A stretch of DNA of 64,000 bases from Octopus sinensis (lineage: Eukaryota): contig NW_021832374.1 of assembly GCF_006345805.1 (NCBI RefSeq), positions 248,001-312,000 of the forward strand, in the 5' to 3' direction. A program made the translations under genes and the position numbers. The notes below the pieces were generated by a model. It saw only the letters and a program-made list of their open reading frames with translations. It was not told the DNA's origin and did no database searches. Shown here piece after piece: positions 55,116 to 64,000 of the stretch (positions are counted from its first letter, which is position 1; each line of letters begins with the position of its first letter).

Positions 55116-55200
55116 TTTGAATTTTGCGTAAATAAAAAGATAATCGCCGTTGCTTGTTATTTCAGGAAATAAAAGATTTCATTATTTACAAAGATACAAT
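55116..55200. repeat. Second copy of the 85-bp dispersed repeat (inverted relative to 10739-10821)
   Basis: Direct sequence comparison. Confidence 0.8.
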
Positions 55201-56599
55201 GAAGTCTTTCGTATCATGAACGTTTACTGGTCTGTAGCACTCATTTTGTTTATGTGGACTTGACAGTGTAGCAGAATACATCCGGATATCATGATAATTT
55301 TTCCCTAATAATGCAAAAAGTCTCTTATCTCTTAAATGAGAGAGAAAAACATAAACTTTATTGGCAAAGACACGCTCATTTATTCTTCTTTCATTTGAAA
55401 TAATGAGAAATCCATTTTTTATAAACCAGGGAAACGAAAACTTTGACTTTTATTTGTTTCAAAAGTTTATGAAAAAATAAGAAGCAATTCTTTTATGGGT
55501 GGAGTCTTCAATGTTTAGTTTTTATAAATAAATACAAATTTAAAATTCAACAAATAAACTAAAATGGAATTAAAAAATTAAAATACAGTTTTATTAATTT
55601 TTTATCAAAAAAATGAAACCAGAAACTTGAACACAAAATATGAGTACAAATAACAAAATAATTATTATTTTAAAATATTTTTTGTTATGACTTGACTCTA
55701 AAATAACATAGTTTTAAAAAACTTGATTTTATTATAATTGAAGCTCTATAAATAAATCCATCTATTGAAAGGGCAGTGCATGTATACTTTCCATAATTTT
55801 CTTCACTTGCATTAAAGATTGAAGCCATCACCAAATTATTAGAAATAGACTTTGAATGTATAAATGATTTTGAGTCGGAATGTTCGATTATTAGTTCACT
55901 AACGTGTATTTCTGGAGATATTTTGCAATATACATAGAGCCTGTTGTCTTTATTATTATATGACTCCTCCTCGTATGATAAAAAAACGACTTGAATTAGA
56001 CTTATATTTCCTTAAAAGTAAACTTGATGTGCTACTTATTATGAAGAAAAGAATCCACATTAGTATTCGATTATTATTCTGTCATTTATATGGTTAATAA
56101 TTAGATAAAGCGTACGATAATTGCCATTCTTCTCAATTGACAAATTGATGGCCATCAATCAGTACAAAATAGCATTTAACAATTAATATCTATTTAATCA
56201 GATTTTTGTCTCTACATAGTGTTTTAGATTTGCATTTGAAGGACAAGGAGAGCTACGATGGGTTTCTAGATCTTTGTTGCTTTTTCGGTAGAGAAATTCG
56301 GTTTGATGAGAGCACTAAAATTGTTATTTTAACTATTTACGAAAAAATGTGTAAATAAACAAAAAATTTTTTTATTAATTATTGTCACCGGTTGAGAATG
56401 ATACCAAGCGGAAAGCATGCAGGCTGAAGAGAGGCATGGTATATCGATACTTAGTGAGGAGAAAGCTGACACGGAATGTCAACCAAGGGCAGCCTCAGAA
56501 TGTGGAGTGTGCTTCGACGAGAACACACCCATACGGTCACTGGATTATGGGCCCAAAAAGAGAAGATTAAGCACGTCTGGACTGTGACAGTTGTCGTAA

Positions 56600-61056
<4,457 letters not shown>

Positions 61057-62139
61057 TGATAAGAAATAGGTTAGATATGTAGTTCAAATATTTTATTAGT
61101 TATTTAAAATAGCCAAACAAAAAATAAACCATTAAATACCAATAAAATAAATAATTTTTAGGGTTTTAGGAAATCTGCAATTTCTTCGTTCTTTCGATCC
61201 CATTGATCACGACAAATCTTGTACAGCACAGGAAACAATAAGAATTATTAGTTTGGTCCATTTCCTTTTATCTAAACGACGTCCCGTAAACATCAAAATC
61301 GTCCTGTCCATAAGTCTTTCCCTACACTCCGAAGGTCTCTATCTATTATCTATATTGTTAGTAAAATAACATATTACGGGTTTCATTAGAAGAATATGAA
61401 TTTCGCGTTATTCTCGTGTCCAATGCGACCGTTATTTTATTTGAAAATTCTACACGAAAATTACGACGAATAAGCTGGATAAGTATTGGAAAAAATATCA
61501 TTGATATATGTAAGCAAAATATATTACTCTGGAACGCAAATTATTTTCTATTATTAATTTTTTGACCAGATGACTAACGGTCGTTCGGAACGGTTTTGAG
61601 TCATTCGGAACGGTCGTGGTCATCTTTTTATTCCCGCTTTCTTTGCATTGGGTTTACTAAGTGAAGATGGAGGAAAGGCCATGCGATTCTATTCGTTGGA
61701 GCTGTGTGATTCTTTTTCTTCATTTTTTGAATATTAATAAATCTTTAAAAAAATATCTTTTTCTCAAATAAAGATTTAGAAAATGGTGTAATTTGTACGT
61801 ATAAAAACAGTTTTAGTGTTTTTATTGTTTATTTATTTAATTTTTATTATTTTTTAGGTTAATAAAGTTACATCTTTCCGGTTCAAAAACAAATAAACAA
61901 AAATAACTATCGTCAAAATAAATAAAATAATTTAAATTAGTTAATCCACAGGCATTACTAGAATAGTAGGTAGATGTGTTCAATTGGGAGGGTCGTTATG
62001 TTTTTTTTAATAATGATTTTTCTTTTCGATATCAGAAAATTCGTCACCCCAGATACCAAATAGCATTTTAAAGTAAAAATAACCATCTTCTCTGAAAAAG
62101 TCTAACAATTAATAGAATAATAATAATTTAGCCATCTTC

Positions 62140-62900
62140 TCACTGGACCCGCACATTGCCTTCCCCATGAAAAGGAGTGTAAACATTTCAAAACGGCTAT
62201 ACACGCTCAGCTGCCTGCCATGCTACTCCCATCCTGGAAACCTCCCTAAAATCGTCCACGGAAGCAGTTCTGAACATCGCCTTCGACGAAATCAGTTGGA
62301 CGAAAGACAAACTTCCTGTCACGTTTGGAGGGATCGGTCTCCCAAAGACCTGGCGCCGCATACTTACTTCTCTTCAGTTTGCAGAAGCCGTCAGCTTGTC
62401 CAAGAAGTTCTACTTCCCTTCAACGAACTTTCCTTGGACTTACCGGCTGATAACCTGCAAAAATTTTGGACCTCCGCCAAGCTGGCAACTTCTTCTGAGA
62501 TGTGCAGACAGAGGGACTGGGACGAGATCTGGGCAGCACACTCCGTCACCAAGCTACAGCCCTTATTGGACCAACAACACCTGGCGTGCTTGGTTTCCGC
62601 AGAACATAAATCAAGTGGCGCGTGGCTCGAGGCCTTTCCGTGGGCATCAACGGGCTCGTTGTTGGATGACGAGACCCTCCCGATTAGAGTTGCTCTCCGA
62701 TTGGGACTTGCCATCTGCACGCCCTCTCGTGCCGCCGGAGCACTCACGAAGCACTCAACGACTTCATCTCAAGAGCACTCAATGCTGCCGGTTTCCCGAA
62801 TGTACTCGAACCAGTCGATCTGGACAGGGGAGACGGCAAGGGCCCCGATGGGATGACAACCTTGCCATTCCGAAATGGCAAATGCCTGTCTGGGACACAG
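62140..62900 (+). mobile_element. Degenerate CRE-like fragment (RT C-terminus to REL start)
   Basis: DQQHLACLVSAEHKSSGAWLEAFP..GSLLDDETL..LRLGL, then [15 protein letters not shown]. Its first 130 bp or so resemble 53835-53970. Confidence 0.8.
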
Positions 62901-63198
62901 ACACTTGGTCCTTATCGGCGATGCATGAGGATCCTCTTGTTGAGACAGAGAATCTCTGAATCTCTGAAAACTATCCGTTTGACTGATATCTAACAATTCT
63001 CTGGTAATGATCGCAGATCGAGCTCGTCTTTCCTCTCGGACTCTTTTTGTATCTATTAAAAAAATGTTTTCAATTCAAAGTCCCTCTTAGGTTGCAAACC
63101 TATCGACAATAAAAAAGTCTACTGTTTAAAATTGGATATAAAAATTGGCTCGCAATAAAAGAATTTCAAAAAGCATTTAAAAAATTTATTAACACAAA

Positions 63199-63773
63199 TT
63201 TTTTTTTTGAAAAGTTCCACTTTATTCTAAAAAAAGAATTCGGTCAAATGTTCGAAAGCTTCATGGGCGGGAAGCCGACGCGATCGAGAAAGAATTAGAG
63301 CGTACTATCGCAAGGGATATCCGCTCGAAAAACCATCTCGATTCGCGGGCGTCGCCTGTGATAGCCGACATGCGGGACCCGATCTCCTGAACAAAGCTGA
63401 TTGCCTTACTGCCCAAGGAACCGGAAGTCCCAACCGCGAATGAAAGGAATTGGAACTTCTCCGTAAGTGAGGAGTACTTCCGCATCTTTTTGCATTCCGC
63501 GGTTGTGACAATAGGTCCAGGAGCGGAGGCGGACATCAGCAGGTTCTGAGGCGAGAAAGAGTCCACACACGTGGCATCCCAGGCAAGAGGCTTCCCCCTG
63601 TTGAAGGGAAACACAGTGATCCCGTCAGGCATTTTTCCGTCCCCCCGATCGATCCCAGAGGGTTCAAGCAGGGAGGGGATTCCGGCCATTTCCAGGGCTC
63701 TCCTGATAAGGTCGTTAAGAGCCGCGTGACGCGGGATGCGGCCAGCACTGCGTCTACACGATAGAGCGTGCAA
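63199..63773 (-). mobile_element. 5'-truncated CRE-like element with an open REL ORF and a short poly(A)
   Basis: HALSC..RH..GDGKMPDG..WDATC..ESRWFFERISLAIVRSN; the 3' UTR contains AATAAA followed by A10 (T run at 63199-63208). Confidence 0.88.
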
Positions 63774-64000
63774 AATTAGATTTGACTGAATTTCATTAAA
63801 TTAATTTATATTACAAATAATATCGTTTTTTCACACTTGAGAAAAAAAATGGTCATCTCATCAGAATGTTGCCTATCCCCACGGTCTACCCGAACAGGTT
63901 GGAGTAGTGAAAGAAATACAACCTCATCTACAGTTCATTTCACGATGTCATTGAACAATGCATGTCGTATAAACCTCCAAGCACTATGCATGAACGAGAG

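Noticed and set aside
63181-63790. TSD for the 63199-63773 CRE copy
   Set aside because: Only a 5-bp AT-rich match (aaatt), which is expected by chance.

Overview
AT-rich, very compact animal (eukaryotic) genomic DNA with ultrashort GT-AG introns, 21-33 nt wherever I could delimit them. This style fits a reduced parasite genome such as a dicyemid mesozoan, but the taxon is an inference. Host genes read by manual splicing and remembered family motifs: Inscuteable-like, RNF8-like RING, SSNA1, beta-tubulin (with an in-frame TAA and a 12-nt deletion), a globin, SPMIP1-like, PRP40, cyclin T-like, Bax inhibitor-1, ENKD1, a tight PRDX6-MZT2-CISD3-EDEM3 block, CCDC24-like, two cathepsin L-like paralogs, SDHAF2 and Lifeguard. 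Several of these (SSNA1, MZT2, CISD3, the full globin and the cathepsins) are missing or fragmented in the ORF track. The mobile-element load is heavy. The best element is a full-length 3.3-kb CRE-clade-like non-LTR retrotransposon with a PHD finger-RT-restriction-like endonuclease (REL) ORF, a poly(A) tail and a 14-16-bp target-site duplication (TSD), accompanied by seven diverged or truncated relatives. Also present are a Buster/Charlie-type hAT element carrying a nested CRE insertion, a TC...CTAG Helitron inside a 28-nt intron of one cathepsin paralog (the other paralog shows the empty site), and remnants of Tc1, gypsy, RTE-like and integrase elements. Tandem arrays have 87-bp, about 331-bp and about 448-bp units. 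No tRNA, rRNA or CRISPR features were supportable. All family calls come from recalled motifs, not database searches.
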